Positions 1 to 7,791 are shown, numbered from the stretch's first letter. The stretch: 20,000 nt of DNA from an uncultured virus (IMG/VR IMGVR_UViG_3300009500_000012) (IMGVR_UViG_3300009500_000012); one strand, 5' to 3'. Numbers and translations are program-made. Notes: generated from the sequence alone by a model not told the origin.

Positions 1-2
1 AT

Positions 3-314
3 GAATCTTCCGTAAGAATTTTTGCTTCTGAAATTCATCCTGCTAATATTAATGAATGGTATGCAATCCATTTTAATGATAAAGGAAATGAACATCTTTC
101 AGATTATATTCGTAAAATTGCTAAACAGAGAGGCATTTTATTCAAAAGAGAATCACCAATTTTAAATGGTGATGACCTGATTGCATTTGGTATTCCACCG
201 GGCAAAAAACTTGGTAATTTTTTAAAAATTGCTTATATTGAACAACTTAACGATAGATTTAATAATCGTTCGGATGCTCATGAATGGTTGAAAAATAATA
301 CTATCTTGGAATAG
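3..314 (+). CDS. cca: C-terminal part of CCA-adding tRNA nucleotidyltransferase (5'-truncated by window)
   Basis: Frame 3 translates to ...PILNGDDLIAFGIPPGKKLGNFLKIAYIEQLNDRF...EWLK..TAG, the typical C-terminal tail motif (l-nG-dL---G--PG--lG--L------Ql) of class II CCA enzymes. Not in the ORF track because the start is missing. Confidence 0.8.
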   Translation, partial: ESSVRIFASEIHPANINEWYAIHFNDKGNEHLSDYIRKIAKQRGILFKRESPILNGDDLIAFGIPPGKKLGNFLKIAYIEQLNDRFNNRSDAHEWLKNNTILE

Positions 315-519
315 AAAATAAAGGTATTATTACTTGAAAATCAACAAGTAATAGTCCAATCAAAACCATTAATGAAGGTGTTAAATAATAAATACTATCT
401 ATCACCTGTTGATTGTTTTTTTCGTTCAATCCTTTTATCAACATTTCAAGAGGAAAATATACCAAAAATAACGTAGCAAATGTTGCAAATAAAACAATGA
501 AAATAATTAAACTAGCCAT
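301..519 (-). CDS. small membrane protein (2 predicted TM helices)
   Basis: Two hydrophobic stretches; TATAAT at 532-527 lies just upstream of the ATG. Confidence 0.6.
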   Translation of the reverse strand: MASLIIFIVLFATFATLFLVYFPLEMLIKGLNEKNNQQVIDSIYYLTPSLMVLIGLLLVDFQVIIPLFSIPR

Positions 520-526
520 GTTTATG

Positions 527-579
527 ATTATAACAACTTAGATACCGGATTTGCAATATCTCTTCGTAAATGTTACCAT
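527..579. promoter_or_regulatory. back-to-back divergent sigma70-like promoters sharing a palindromic TTGCAA -35
   Basis: TTGCAA at 551-556. Minus strand: 18 nt spacer to TGtTATAAT (532-527). Plus strand: 17 nt spacer to TGtTACCAT (574-579). Confidence 0.6.
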
Positions 580-585
580 AAATGC

Positions 586-825
586 ATGGAATATCCAGAA
601 GCAGATTTAAAACGCCCCTTACTAGAACCCGAAGATGTTGCTCGGAGAGTAATTGAGGAAAGTATATACCCAATTCTGAAAGAAGCAAAAATTGTTCTCA
701 TAGATTTCTTTGCAAATAAAAGTAATGATGTATATGAAGAAGAAAAAGGACTTACATTAACAGCAAAACAACGCAAATTACGTTTTGACCACATCAAAAG
801 TAAAGCGATGCAAGAGTTAATGTAA
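586..825 (+). CDS. hypothetical protein, 79 aa
   Basis: ORF bracketed by a promoter and a terminator; typical charged composition. Confidence 0.65.
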   Translation: MEYPEADLKRPLLEPEDVARRVIEESIYPILKEAKIVLIDFFANKSNDVYEEEKGLTLTAKQRKLRFDHIKSKAMQELM

Positions 826-856
826 AAAAGAGACAGTTGAAAAGCTGTCTCTTTTT
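825..856. terminator. bidirectional intrinsic terminator
   Basis: AAAAAGAGACAG-loop-CTGTCTCTTTTT between convergent genes. Confidence 0.85.
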
Positions 857-875
857 CATTCTTTGCGTTTCTAAA

Positions 876-1607
876 CTATCGTTTTAATATAGCTAATTCG
901 AATTCTTTTTCTTTGATAAGTTCATCTTCTGATAACCATTCAATGTTTATGATACGTTCTATTCTTTTAGAATCTTTATCAGGTTCTACTTCTAATGGAT
1001 AAGTTTGGCCTTCAAAAATTAATTTATCACGTAAACTACTAGGCATTCTATCTCCGCCCTTGTGATTAGAGATTTCATACTTATAAAGTTTTAAGACTTC
1101 TTGATTTGTTAAATCACTTGGAATAATATATTTTCTTTCATAAACTCTAAAATCATAATCTTCTGTGCTTTTAAGTTTTGCAGCATTAGGAGAATAACTT
1201 TCAAACCTTTTAGACCATGTAGATAATTGAACTTGAGACATTAGTTTATCAGTTTTTTCTTTAATAGCTAATTTTTTTAAATTAGAATTAATTAATTCTT
1301 CCATTTTTTCTTTTGGGATTGGTTCGTTGTTTGTAATATGATAATCCCAAATTCTGTATTGAAGATGTTTATCAATGTCAGGAATCAATGGGCTTACTTT
1401 ATCAGATAAAAATTCTTCCGTACTTTTATACGGTAAACTTCTTAAAAAAGTAGAAGCCTGTTCTTCTGAGTTTTGAAGAATTTTAGTATGATTTTGTTTA
1501 ATTGTTTTAAATTGTCTTAAGTAAAAACCTAAGAAACCTGCTATAATGATAGCAAGTGTTGTAAGTATTATATAAATAATAAAATCACGCACCTTTCTAT
1601 AATGCAT
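876..1607 (-). CDS. N-terminally membrane-anchored hypothetical protein
   Basis: 243 aa ORF with a single N-terminal TM segment. Confidence 0.75.
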   Translation of the reverse strand: MHYRKVRDFIIYIILTTLAIIIAGFLGFYLRQFKTIKQNHTKILQNSEEQASTFLRSLPYKSTEEFLSDKVSPLIPDIDKHLQYRIWDYHITNNEPIPKEKMEELINSNLKKLAIKEKTDKLMSQVQLSTWSKRFESYSPNAAKLKSTEDYDFRVYERKYIIPSDLTNQEVLKLYKYEISNHKGGDRMPSSLRDKLIFEGQTYPLEVEPDKDSKRIERIINIEWLSEDELIKEKEFELAILKR

Positions 1608-1624
1608 CTACCACTTGATTGTAT

Positions 1625-1653
1625 TTGACAATTCTGGAAAAAAGTGGTATATA
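1625..1653 (+). promoter_or_regulatory. sigma70-like promoter
   Basis: TTGACA-17 nt-TATATA with extended TG, upstream of the ORF at 1682. Confidence 0.65.
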
Positions 1654-1681
1654 TAAAGTATACAACAAACGCTAAAAAGAT

Positions 1682-2302
1682 ATGAAAAATAATAACAAAA
1701 TAGTAGTCACAAGGCATTTAGACCTTATTAATCTCTTATCAGATATGGGTTTAGTTGACGATTCAACCCCTGTGCTACTACATGCAAATGCAGAAGATAT
1801 TACAGGTAAAGATATTATTGGAGTTGCTCCACCTAAACTTGCTGTATATGCAAATTCTGTAACTGAGGTTCCTCTTTCAATTCCTAAAGATTTAAAAGAT
1901 ATGTGGGATGGAGAACTTCCGTTAGAAGAACTAAAAAAATGTGTTATTGGAGAACCTGTAACTTACAAAGTTGAAAAACTTAATACACGCGAAGATTTTT
2001 CAGAAGCAATTATCACAACGAGAGCGGCGACTTTTCTTCAATATCTAGTACGAGAAAATATTATTGAACGTCGAAGCAAACAGCATCTTGATGCTGTAGA
2101 TAGACAGTTTACCTTAAAAGAAGAAATAGAAGGAAAGCCAGTTTTAGGTCATTTGCCATATCATTTGGCTCAATATGCACTTGATGTAACTTCTTTGGTT
2201 AATTTGTATCCATACGAATTACGTGCTAAGATGCATACATATGAACTTACAAAACAATATACACAAGGATTGTTTACATATAAAGTAAAACAGATGGACT
2301 AA
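1682..2302 (+). CDS. tandem-duplicated Csx16 (Cas_VVA1548)-like domain protein; candidate cyclic oligoadenylate ring nuclease
   Basis: Two ~95 aa repeats (IVVTRH...EDITGKDIIGVAPPKLA...TYKVEK / IITTRA...EEIEGKPVLGHLPYHLA...TYKVKQ) resembling the Csx16 motifs (v-s/tRH, dvViGtLPvhLA, gELs-eel). Confidence 0.6.
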   Translation: MKNNNKIVVTRHLDLINLLSDMGLVDDSTPVLLHANAEDITGKDIIGVAPPKLAVYANSVTEVPLSIPKDLKDMWDGELPLEELKKCVIGEPVTYKVEKLNTREDFSEAIITTRAATFLQYLVRENIIERRSKQHLDAVDRQFTLKEEIEGKPVLGHLPYHLAQYALDVTSLVNLYPYELRAKMHTYELTKQYTQGLFTYKVKQMD

Positions 2303-3078
2303 AAATCCATCTGTTTTAATTTATTAATCACTTCTTCAGCAGTAATTGTTTCTACACATTTATGTATACGTATTGCATTTGGGTGTACACCCCAACGACC
2401 TTGTAATTCTAAAATTAGATTTAAGGTGTCAACGGCAAAACTTATATGAGATAATCCGGTCACAACTGAAAGAACTAATCTTGCTTTTGATATTATGTAA
2501 GCTACTTGAGGCAACGGTAAATCAAATATTATATTGCAATTTTTTTCATTTATAAATGGTTCATCATGTTTTGATGTTCCCATTAAAGCGAATCTTAAAT
2601 TTGGAAATGCTTTGACTAATTGTATCCATTTTTCATTTTGCCATTTTTGTTCTTTTGGTAAAGAACGGCTAAATGGGGCTAAAATAATATCATAAGATTC
2701 ATGCTCTATAGGGTCTAAATTTAGTGCTGCTTTAGGAGCAGCATTTGGAATTGGTAAATCAAAAAATGGAAAGTGTGCCTGCGACATATAATAACGGTCG
2801 GGATTAGAGGCTAATCTAAATGCACCTTCTAAATCAAATCGGTATTTTGTAATATAAAAATCAGGTTTATCTACTCTTACTATGTTGTAATCTTTAGAAA
2901 TTAAATCAAATAAATATTGATTGTTTGCCGAAGCTATTACATTTAGTTGCTCGTTTTTTGATAGTTCCATCATTACGGGAATCGACCCTACGAAATCACC
3001 AATAAGTGCGATATCATTTTCTATAATCATCTTTAATATCCTGTAATGGTATTTATAAATGACAAGATATTTAGTCAT
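2299..3078 (-). CDS. glycosyltransferase family 9 (heptosyltransferase-like); start may be ATG at 3030
   Basis: IGDFV..P, APFS...KW..EKW..L and TGLSHISFAV (variant of DSG-xH-A-A) motifs. Confidence 0.75.
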   Translation of the reverse strand: MTKYLVIYKYHYRILKMIIENDIALIGDFVGSIPVMMELSKNEQLNVIASANNQYLFDLISKDYNIVRVDKPDFYITKYRFDLEGAFRLASNPDRYYMSQAHFPFFDLPIPNAAPKAALNLDPIEHESYDIILAPFSRSLPKEQKWQNEKWIQLVKAFPNLRFALMGTSKHDEPFINEKNCNIIFDLPLPQVAYIISKARLVLSVVTGLSHISFAVDTLNLILELQGRWGVHPNAIRIHKCVETITAEEVINKLKQMDF

Positions 3079-3093
3079 TCAATTTGATTATAG

Positions 3094-3128
3094 AAAAAAG
3101 GACTCCTGATATAATCAGGAATCCTTTT
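3094..3128 (-). terminator. intrinsic terminator
   Basis: AAAAGGACTCCTGAT-AT-AATCAGGAATCCTTTT stem with a U-tract on the minus strand, downstream of 3147..3620. Confidence 0.8.
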
Positions 3129-3146
3129 CTGTTGCTAAAGTTTTAT

Positions 3147-3620
3147 TTAGAAAACTCTAGTAGTTAAACTAACTCCAACGAAACGGTTAGATTTTGCACC
3201 AGGTACATCCACAGCGTTATTAATTACTGCATTAGATTCAACTAAAGGAAGAGTACCAGCTTCGGCTGTTACACTAGTAGAACGAGAAAGACGATAAGTG
3301 CTTCCTAAATCATAAGTGTAAACATTGCCATAAAAACCATTAACTACAGAACCAGCACCGCGAGTTACATTCGTTCCAGTTTGGTCTGTGAAAAATGACC
3401 ATTTCTTGTTCAAGTCTAGAATTAGACGGGCTGATAAGGTGGTAAGATTGATTTGATTCTGAAAGACGTTGTTTTCAGCAGCATAACCACCTGTTACATC
3501 TAAATGAACCGCAGGGGTTGTTTCGTCAGCCATAGCAACGACAGGTGTACTTACAAATGCAACTGCTGCAAGAGCAAGTACGGAAAGAATACGTTTAAAC
3601 ATTAAATATTTAATCTCCAT
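3147..3620 (-). CDS. secreted small outer-membrane beta-barrel protein
   Basis: Sec signal peptide (…VVAMA|DE), alternating amphipathic beta strands, and a C-terminal aromatic beta-signal (VGVSLTTRVF). Confidence 0.7.
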   Translation of the reverse strand: MEIKYLMFKRILSVLALAAVAFVSTPVVAMADETTPAVHLDVTGGYAAENNVFQNQINLTTLSARLILDLNKKWSFFTDQTGTNVTRGAGSVVNGFYGNVYTYDLGSTYRLSRSTSVTAEAGTLPLVESNAVINNAVDVPGAKSNRFVGVSLTTRVF

Positions 3621-3672
3621 TAAAGTTCATATTTATTTACAAGTTCTATTTGTCGAACTTGCTTACCTATGA

Positions 3673-3701
3673 ATTATATAACAGTCCAATTAGTATGTCA
3701 A
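3673..3701 (-). promoter_or_regulatory. consensus sigma70 promoter
   Basis: TTGACA (3701-3696) - 17 nt - TATAAT (3678-3673). Confidence 0.85.
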
Positions 3702-3713
3702 CATCTTCTAGAT

Positions 3714-3789
3714 TTGGCCGATGTGTTTTTTAGTTTTTTCTAATATAATTTAATGTTTTCAACAAATATTGGCCGATTATTTGGCCGAT
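3714..3789. repeat. three copies of TTGGCCGAT
   Basis: Exact 9-mers at 3714-3722, 3769-3777 and 3781-3789 in AT-rich DNA. Confidence 0.6.
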
Positions 3790-3923
3790 GCTACGAATTT
3801 ACAAACAGTAGTTCCACATACAGAACATTTGCCTTTTTTAGCTGAACGACCGTTCTTTGTAACCGTGTCTACAACATCTTTTGCTGGTTGTGACTTTTTA
3901 CATTTGACGCAATAAATTTCCAT
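3777..3923 (-). CDS. DUF5679-like small zinc-ribbon protein (48 aa; below ORF-track cutoff)
   Basis: MEIYCVKCKKSQPAKDVVDTVTKNGRSAKKGKCSVCGTTVCKFVASAK*, with the YCxKC...KNGR...GxCxxCG pattern. Confidence 0.8.
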   Translation of the reverse strand: MEIYCVKCKKSQPAKDVVDTVTKNGRSAKKGKCSVCGTTVCKFVASAK

Positions 3924-4039
3924 TTTAATAATAAACCTTTCAAGATAAATAAAAAGAACTCATTAGTTCTTTCAATACATATAGTATATAAAGTAATGAG
4001 TTGCTTTTATTAGTATTTTAGAAATTTTCTTTTATTACA

Positions 4040-4726
4040 TTAAAGGCCATATCTTTTAAGATTATGAACTGCTGCACGTAGCCTTTCCCAATCAATACAA
4101 TTAGGTAAATTGTATGCAGATGCTACTTTACCTTGATTATTACCTTTAGGATTATTAAATGGCGTAACATATTTATCAATGATATTTTGTTTTGATTTTT
4201 GAGAATCATGACGACGAGGTTGATAACCTGGCATATTTGTTTGCTCAGGAGTAAGTAAACGGCGTCTTGGACGTTTGCCTTCCATAAATTCTTCAGGAAG
4301 ATGAACTCTATTTAAATCAAGCGTATCGTGGTTATCATCGTTTTCGTTTACCCATGCTGTTGTAGCATAAGGAGTCTTTTTATCAATTCTAATAGGCATA
4401 ACAACGTCTCTTCCATCGCCATGAGGACCACGCATTACAACCTTTGTTAAATCATTTCCGTTATGTTCTACCTCAACTGGTCGAAATCCTGAATCTGGAC
4501 CAGGAAATTTACCTTGAAGGCTAGGAATAGACATAGGATTAACAACTCCACGTTGTTCGGAACGCTCTTTAGCATGATTAGAAAAAGCCAAAGGTTTACC
4601 ACTATTTTGACTCATAAAATCATTTAGATGTTTATTAACTTTATCAGGTATTCCCGTTTTTTCATTAAAACGATAATCTTCTGGAATTGACGATTGACCA
4701 GGAATTATACCCATATCTCTTGGCAT
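4040..4726 (-). CDS. hypothetical protein with a putative BECR-fold (DUF4258/RegB-like) endoribonuclease domain
   Basis: FSNHAKERSEQRG helix motif, followed by a beta-rich segment and TTAWVNENDDNHDTLD. Confidence 0.45.
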   Translation of the reverse strand: MPRDMGIIPGQSSIPEDYRFNEKTGIPDKVNKHLNDFMSQNSGKPLAFSNHAKERSEQRGVVNPMSIPSLQGKFPGPDSGFRPVEVEHNGNDLTKVVMRGPHGDGRDVVMPIRIDKKTPYATTAWVNENDDNHDTLDLNRVHLPEEFMEGKRPRRRLLTPEQTNMPGYQPRRHDSQKSKQNIIDKYVTPFNNPKGNNQGKVASAYNLPNCIDWERLRAAVHNLKRYGL

Positions 4727-4771
4727 ATTAGCATACCTCTATTTAGATTAATCCAAATAAAGAATATGCTA

Positions 4772-5383
4772 TTAGTCAAATATTTTTAATACAAGCTCTC
4801 TAATATGTTTACAGGAAAGACAACCACCGTCTTGCCCGCCGCAAGTTTTATGTCCATCATCGTCATCTACATAATCGCCATAAAATCTTTTTACAAGGTT
4901 AGCTAATTTGACTAAAGCCTCATCAAAAGTAGGAGCGCCACAATCTAACTCCCAATCATGACTTCTATTTTCACGACAATACATTTCAGGATAAATTTCT
5001 GCTTGCCAATTTTCACGATTGGCATTCAATTCTTCTTCCAAATCGCCATCATAGTGTGCAGGACCAAATTCTAGCCATACTTCCGTAAAAGTACGTTCTT
5101 CTTTGGGAGCATCAGTTGTGCCATGTTTGTTGACCAAAACATAATGCACAAATAAATCTCGTTCAATAGCATACCAAAACATGTGAGGGTCTTGATAAAT
5201 ATAAACATCGCCTGGTTTTTCAATAATATAAGGCTTTTGATAATCAGCAATATTTTCTTTTTTGACTAACGTGCGATAAGGCAAACGAAACTTTGGATGA
5301 TTCCTTAAGAACCACCATGCTTCATAAGGGAAGAGAATTTCGTCTTTTGCTTTTAATTTAGGAGGCTTTTTCTTATTACTCAT
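4772..5383 (-). CDS. conserved-type phage hypothetical protein
   Basis: 203 aa; HDWELDCGAPTFDEALVKLA motif; C-terminal Cys cluster. Confidence 0.7.
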   Translation of the reverse strand: MSNKKKPPKLKAKDEILFPYEAWWFLRNHPKFRLPYRTLVKKENIADYQKPYIIEKPGDVYIYQDPHMFWYAIERDLFVHYVLVNKHGTTDAPKEERTFTEVWLEFGPAHYDGDLEEELNANRENWQAEIYPEMYCRENRSHDWELDCGAPTFDEALVKLANLVKRFYGDYVDDDDGHKTCGGQDGGCLSCKHIRELVLKIFD

Positions 5384-5730
5384 ATCTTCTTATGTAGGCT
5401 TTTGGGCCAGAAATCTTTGGAAAATCGACCTTGCTTTTTCTTTATTTTAAGAATGTATTTAGAAGTATCAAAACATCCACATGAAGAAAGGTATGTATTA
5501 GGTATTGTATTATACTTTCTACATTGTTCATAATGTTCCCCACCATTACGTAGAGGTAGCCATTCTTCTTTCAAAGAATCTTTCCACCTTACTAATCCAA
5601 GATGTAAGATGACTTGCTCACCATGAGAATCAAAAGAACAAGGACGAAAATCTTCATCAATTATTTCATATGCAGGTTTTTTAGCCTCCATAATGGAATT
5701 GCGAATATTTTGAAGTTCTTGTTCTTCCAT
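5380..5730 (-). CDS. hypothetical protein
   Basis: 116 aa; AGGA SD; ATGA overlap with the next gene. Confidence 0.7.
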   Translation of the reverse strand: MEEQELQNIRNSIMEAKKPAYEIIDEDFRPCSFDSHGEQVILHLGLVRWKDSLKEEWLPLRNGGEHYEQCRKYNTIPNTYLSSCGCFDTSKYILKIKKKQGRFSKDFWPKSLHKKI

Positions 5731-5751
5731 ATTATTCCTAAATTATTTAAT

Positions 5752-5836
5752 TGGCAGGGGAGGTGGGACTCGAACCCACGAAGCCCAAAGGCGACAGTTT
5801 TGGAGACTGTTGGAATAGCCGCTATCCGACTCCCCT
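5752..5836 (-). tRNA. tRNA-Trp (anticodon CCA) with long variable arm, CCA encoded
   Basis: AGGGGAG/CTCCCCT acceptor, G73, ACAGT-CTCCAAA-ACTGT anticodon arm, extra arm CGCCTTTGGGCTTC, T arm GTGGG-TTCGAGT-CCCAC. Confidence 0.9.
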
Positions 5837-5847
5837 ATGCAATATCT

Positions 5848-5876
5848 ATATTAACATCTTATGCTAGAAATGTCAA
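5848..5876 (-). promoter_or_regulatory. sigma70-like promoter for tRNA-Trp
   Basis: TTGACA-17 nt-TAATAT with extended TG, 11 nt upstream of the tRNA 5' end. Confidence 0.75.
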
Positions 5877-5877
5877 A

Positions 5878-6027
5878 CTAGCAACATTCATCTGTATCTT
5901 TTGTTTGATGAATATTAAAATCATTAGAATAAATTGTTGGTAAATGTATTTCAAAAGAGGTTGTTTCAGCAATATAATGGCTTAAAATCTCATTTATTTG
6001 TTCTGCTAAAATTTTATTTTCTTCCAT
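5878..6027 (-). CDS. small hypothetical protein (49 aa)
   Basis: MEENKILAEQINEILSHY...ECC*, preceded by AGGA; fills the gap between the nuclease and the tRNA promoter. Confidence 0.45.
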   Translation of the reverse strand: MEENKILAEQINEILSHYIAETTSFEIHLPTIYSNDFNIHQTKDTDECC

Positions 6028-6035
6028 ATCATGTC

Positions 6036-6419
6036 CTATTTATTATATAGTTTATCGTAAAAATTAATACCATGTTTTTGTATGACATATTTAAGAATTG
6101 GTGCCATTTCTTTTCTGCGTAAAATTGTTAAAGGATGAGGAAAGTAGCGATACTTCGCATGTGTTCTCGCTACTTCTCTACCCTTAACTTCAACATAACT
6201 TCCATCTACTATGAAATCAGGAATATAATTATATATTCTGTTTCTAAAAGTATAAGGAAATTTCTTTATGTTTCTTTCAATTTTTTTACCTTGGTCCTCA
6301 CACCAAATTACATATGCAAGTTCCCAGGAACTATCTAAAGACATTCCTTTATAAATGCCTTTATGAAATCTGGACTTTTTCTTTTTGCGACGAACAATTT
6401 TTTTAATTAATCTTTTCAT
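6036..6419 (-). CDS. PD-(D/E)XK endonuclease (TnsA-N / T7 endonuclease I-like)
   Basis: DSSWE...YIPDFIV...YVEVKG catalytic motif. Confidence 0.8.
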   Translation of the reverse strand: MKRLIKKIVRRKKKKSRFHKGIYKGMSLDSSWELAYVIWCEDQGKKIERNIKKFPYTFRNRIYNYIPDFIVDGSYVEVKGREVARTHAKYRYFPHPLTILRRKEMAPILKYVIQKHGINFYDKLYNK

Positions 6420-6442
6420 GCATAATAAATATGCAATTAAAA

Positions 6443-6802
6443 TTAAACTGGTTCTTGTTCGGTTCTCATTTCGATTGGTGCAGTTTCAGGGTTGTATTTC
6501 CACAATTTAAATTTAGACAACACACTTCTTTTGTTTCTATTTGAGAGCGCCTCTGTACAAATTGAAGAATAACCCATATCATTGTCAGGTTCAAAGAACT
6601 TAGTAAATTTAATATCATTTTCTGAAAGAAGTCTTTCTACATCAAAAAGTTCTTCTTCATCCTTGACACCAATCATTACTAAATTATAGTGAGGATTATC
6701 AGTAAATAAACGACCTGCATCCAAGGCAGCATGAATTCCTTGCACCATCTGTTGGGCAAGAGAAATATCCTGTCGGATAAAAATATATGTATATGTTCCC
6801 AT
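6443..6802 (-). CDS. peptidyl-tRNA hydrolase, Pth2-like (likely start ATG 6802; TTG 6853 is an alternative)
   Basis: YIFIRQDIS...QQMVQGIHAA...LVMIGV..E.EL......L....I....F.EPD.....SICTE pattern of Pth2-fold proteins. Confidence 0.8.
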   Translation of the reverse strand: MGTYTYIFIRQDISLAQQMVQGIHAALDAGRLFTDNPHYNLVMIGVKDEEELFDVERLLSENDIKFTKFFEPDNDMGYSSICTEALSNRNKRSVLSKFKLWKYNPETAPIEMRTEQEPV

Positions 6803-6806
6803 TTTC

Positions 6807-6849
6807 TTTCTTTCATTGAATAAGTGATAAAGTTTAACAATGAAAGAAA
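6807..6849 (-). promoter_or_regulatory. RBS-occluding hairpin upstream of the Pth2-like gene
   Basis: Perfect 12-bp inverted repeat TTTCTTTCATTG (6849-6838) / CAATGAAAGAAA (6818-6807), ending 4 nt before ATG 6802. Confidence 0.75.
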
Positions 6850-6882
6850 TCAAGGAGGTCGTGAATGATTGTTCTATAACAT
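6850..6882 (-). CDS. amber-interrupted leader peptide, copy 1 (M-L-*-N-N-H-S-R-P-P-stop)
   Basis: ATG TTA TAG AAC AAT CAT TCA CGA CCT CCT TGA; AAGGAG 14 nt upstream; second copy at 9270-9299. Confidence 0.65.
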
Positions 6883-6904
6883 TAAAAATTATTAAACTCC
6901 TTTA

Positions 6905-7252
6905 TTAATAATCAGAAAAATTAACTTTGATTTTTTCAAGTTCCTCAATGCTCGGACATTCTTCTGGAAGAACATCACATTCATTTTCAGGACTTACTTT
7001 TAATAATTTACCAGTCTTTTTATCATGTAATTCGCTTACATTTGCATCACAACTTCCTGAACAGGAACAACCAGAAGAATAGCAATAGAATACTACCCCA
7101 TCTTTATCAATTCCAATACCTGAATAGGAATGATTATTCCATCCATAATCTTCATTAGAAATTTCCTTAACAATGACTAATTTTTTATCATTGAAAGAAC
7201 TTTCTGGAAGCGTTTGATAGTTTTTCTTAACGAATTTAAGTATGTTATTCAT
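6905..7252 (-). CDS. hypothetical protein (GCSC motif)
   Basis: 115 aa ORF coupled to the upstream gene by an ATGA overlap. Confidence 0.75.
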   Translation of the reverse strand: MNNILKFVKKNYQTLPESSFNDKKLVIVKEISNEDYGWNNHSYSGIGIDKDGVVFYCYSSGCSCSGSCDANVSELHDKKTGKLLKVSPENECDVLPEECPSIEELEKIKVNFSDY

Positions 7253-7791
7253 TTTTGTTTATTCTTGTAATTTCGATTATTAATGATAGACCAACTATAT
7301 TTATTATGCTGAAAATTCAATATATCTAATGTTCTAAAATCTATCTTAGGAAATATTTGAAAATTTCCATTTTCAAATTCTTCTTCAGTCGGTGTACCAA
7401 ATATTGGTTTATCATCTTTGTTTACCCAGCACAATCTATTACCATTGCTATCATGATTAAAAACAATATAACCTGGCTCTAAACCATGTCCACAACACGC
7501 GCTACTTACTCCTGGCAAAATACCTAGACAACCATCTGCGCCATCTTCAATACCGCAAAAACCATCAAATTTTTCTTGCTTTAGATGACAAAAAACACAA
7601 GTTCTATCACCTAAAATAGGACCAGAAAAACCATACTCTACAGGAGTTAAATCCTCACACCATACGTATTCGCCAAATCTTTTGCCTTTTACAGGCTTAA
7701 TTTCAACATTTAAATCTTTAGCGTTATGAGCGAAAACACCTCCGATAATTTCGGCATCTATATGTTTATGATTTTCGTCAAAACAAATCAT
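7249..7791 (-). CDS. Cys/His-rich phage hypothetical protein
   Basis: CxxC...DGCLGILPGVSSACCGHG motif. Confidence 0.75.
   Translation of the reverse strand: MICFDENHKHIDAEIIGGVFAHNAKDLNVEIKPVKGKRFGEYVWCEDLTPVEYGFSGPILGDRTCVFCHLKQEKFDGFCGIEDGADGCLGILPGVSSACCGHGLEPGYIVFNHDSNGNRLCWVNKDDKPIFGTPTEEEFENGNFQIFPKIDFRTLDILNFQHNKYSWSIINNRNYKNKQK

Noticed and set aside
1682..2302. CRISPR-Cas locus
   Set aside because: No repeat-spacer array or other cas genes in the window.
5614..5943. ORF-track calls 5614..5943 (+) and 9338..9544 (-)
   Set aside because: Shadow ORFs over tRNA genes.
6036..6419. Tn7-like transposon (TnsA)
   Set aside because: Only a stand-alone nuclease domain; no TnsB/TnsC or terminal repeats.
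6852..6879. Plus-strand perfect SD AAGGAGGT followed by ATG ATT GTT CTA TAA
   Set aside because: The second copy (9272-9279) has no suitably spaced start. The motif is better explained as minus-strand CGA-CCT-CCT, although an anti-SD pairing role (ACCTCCTTA resembles the 16S 3' end) cannot be excluded.
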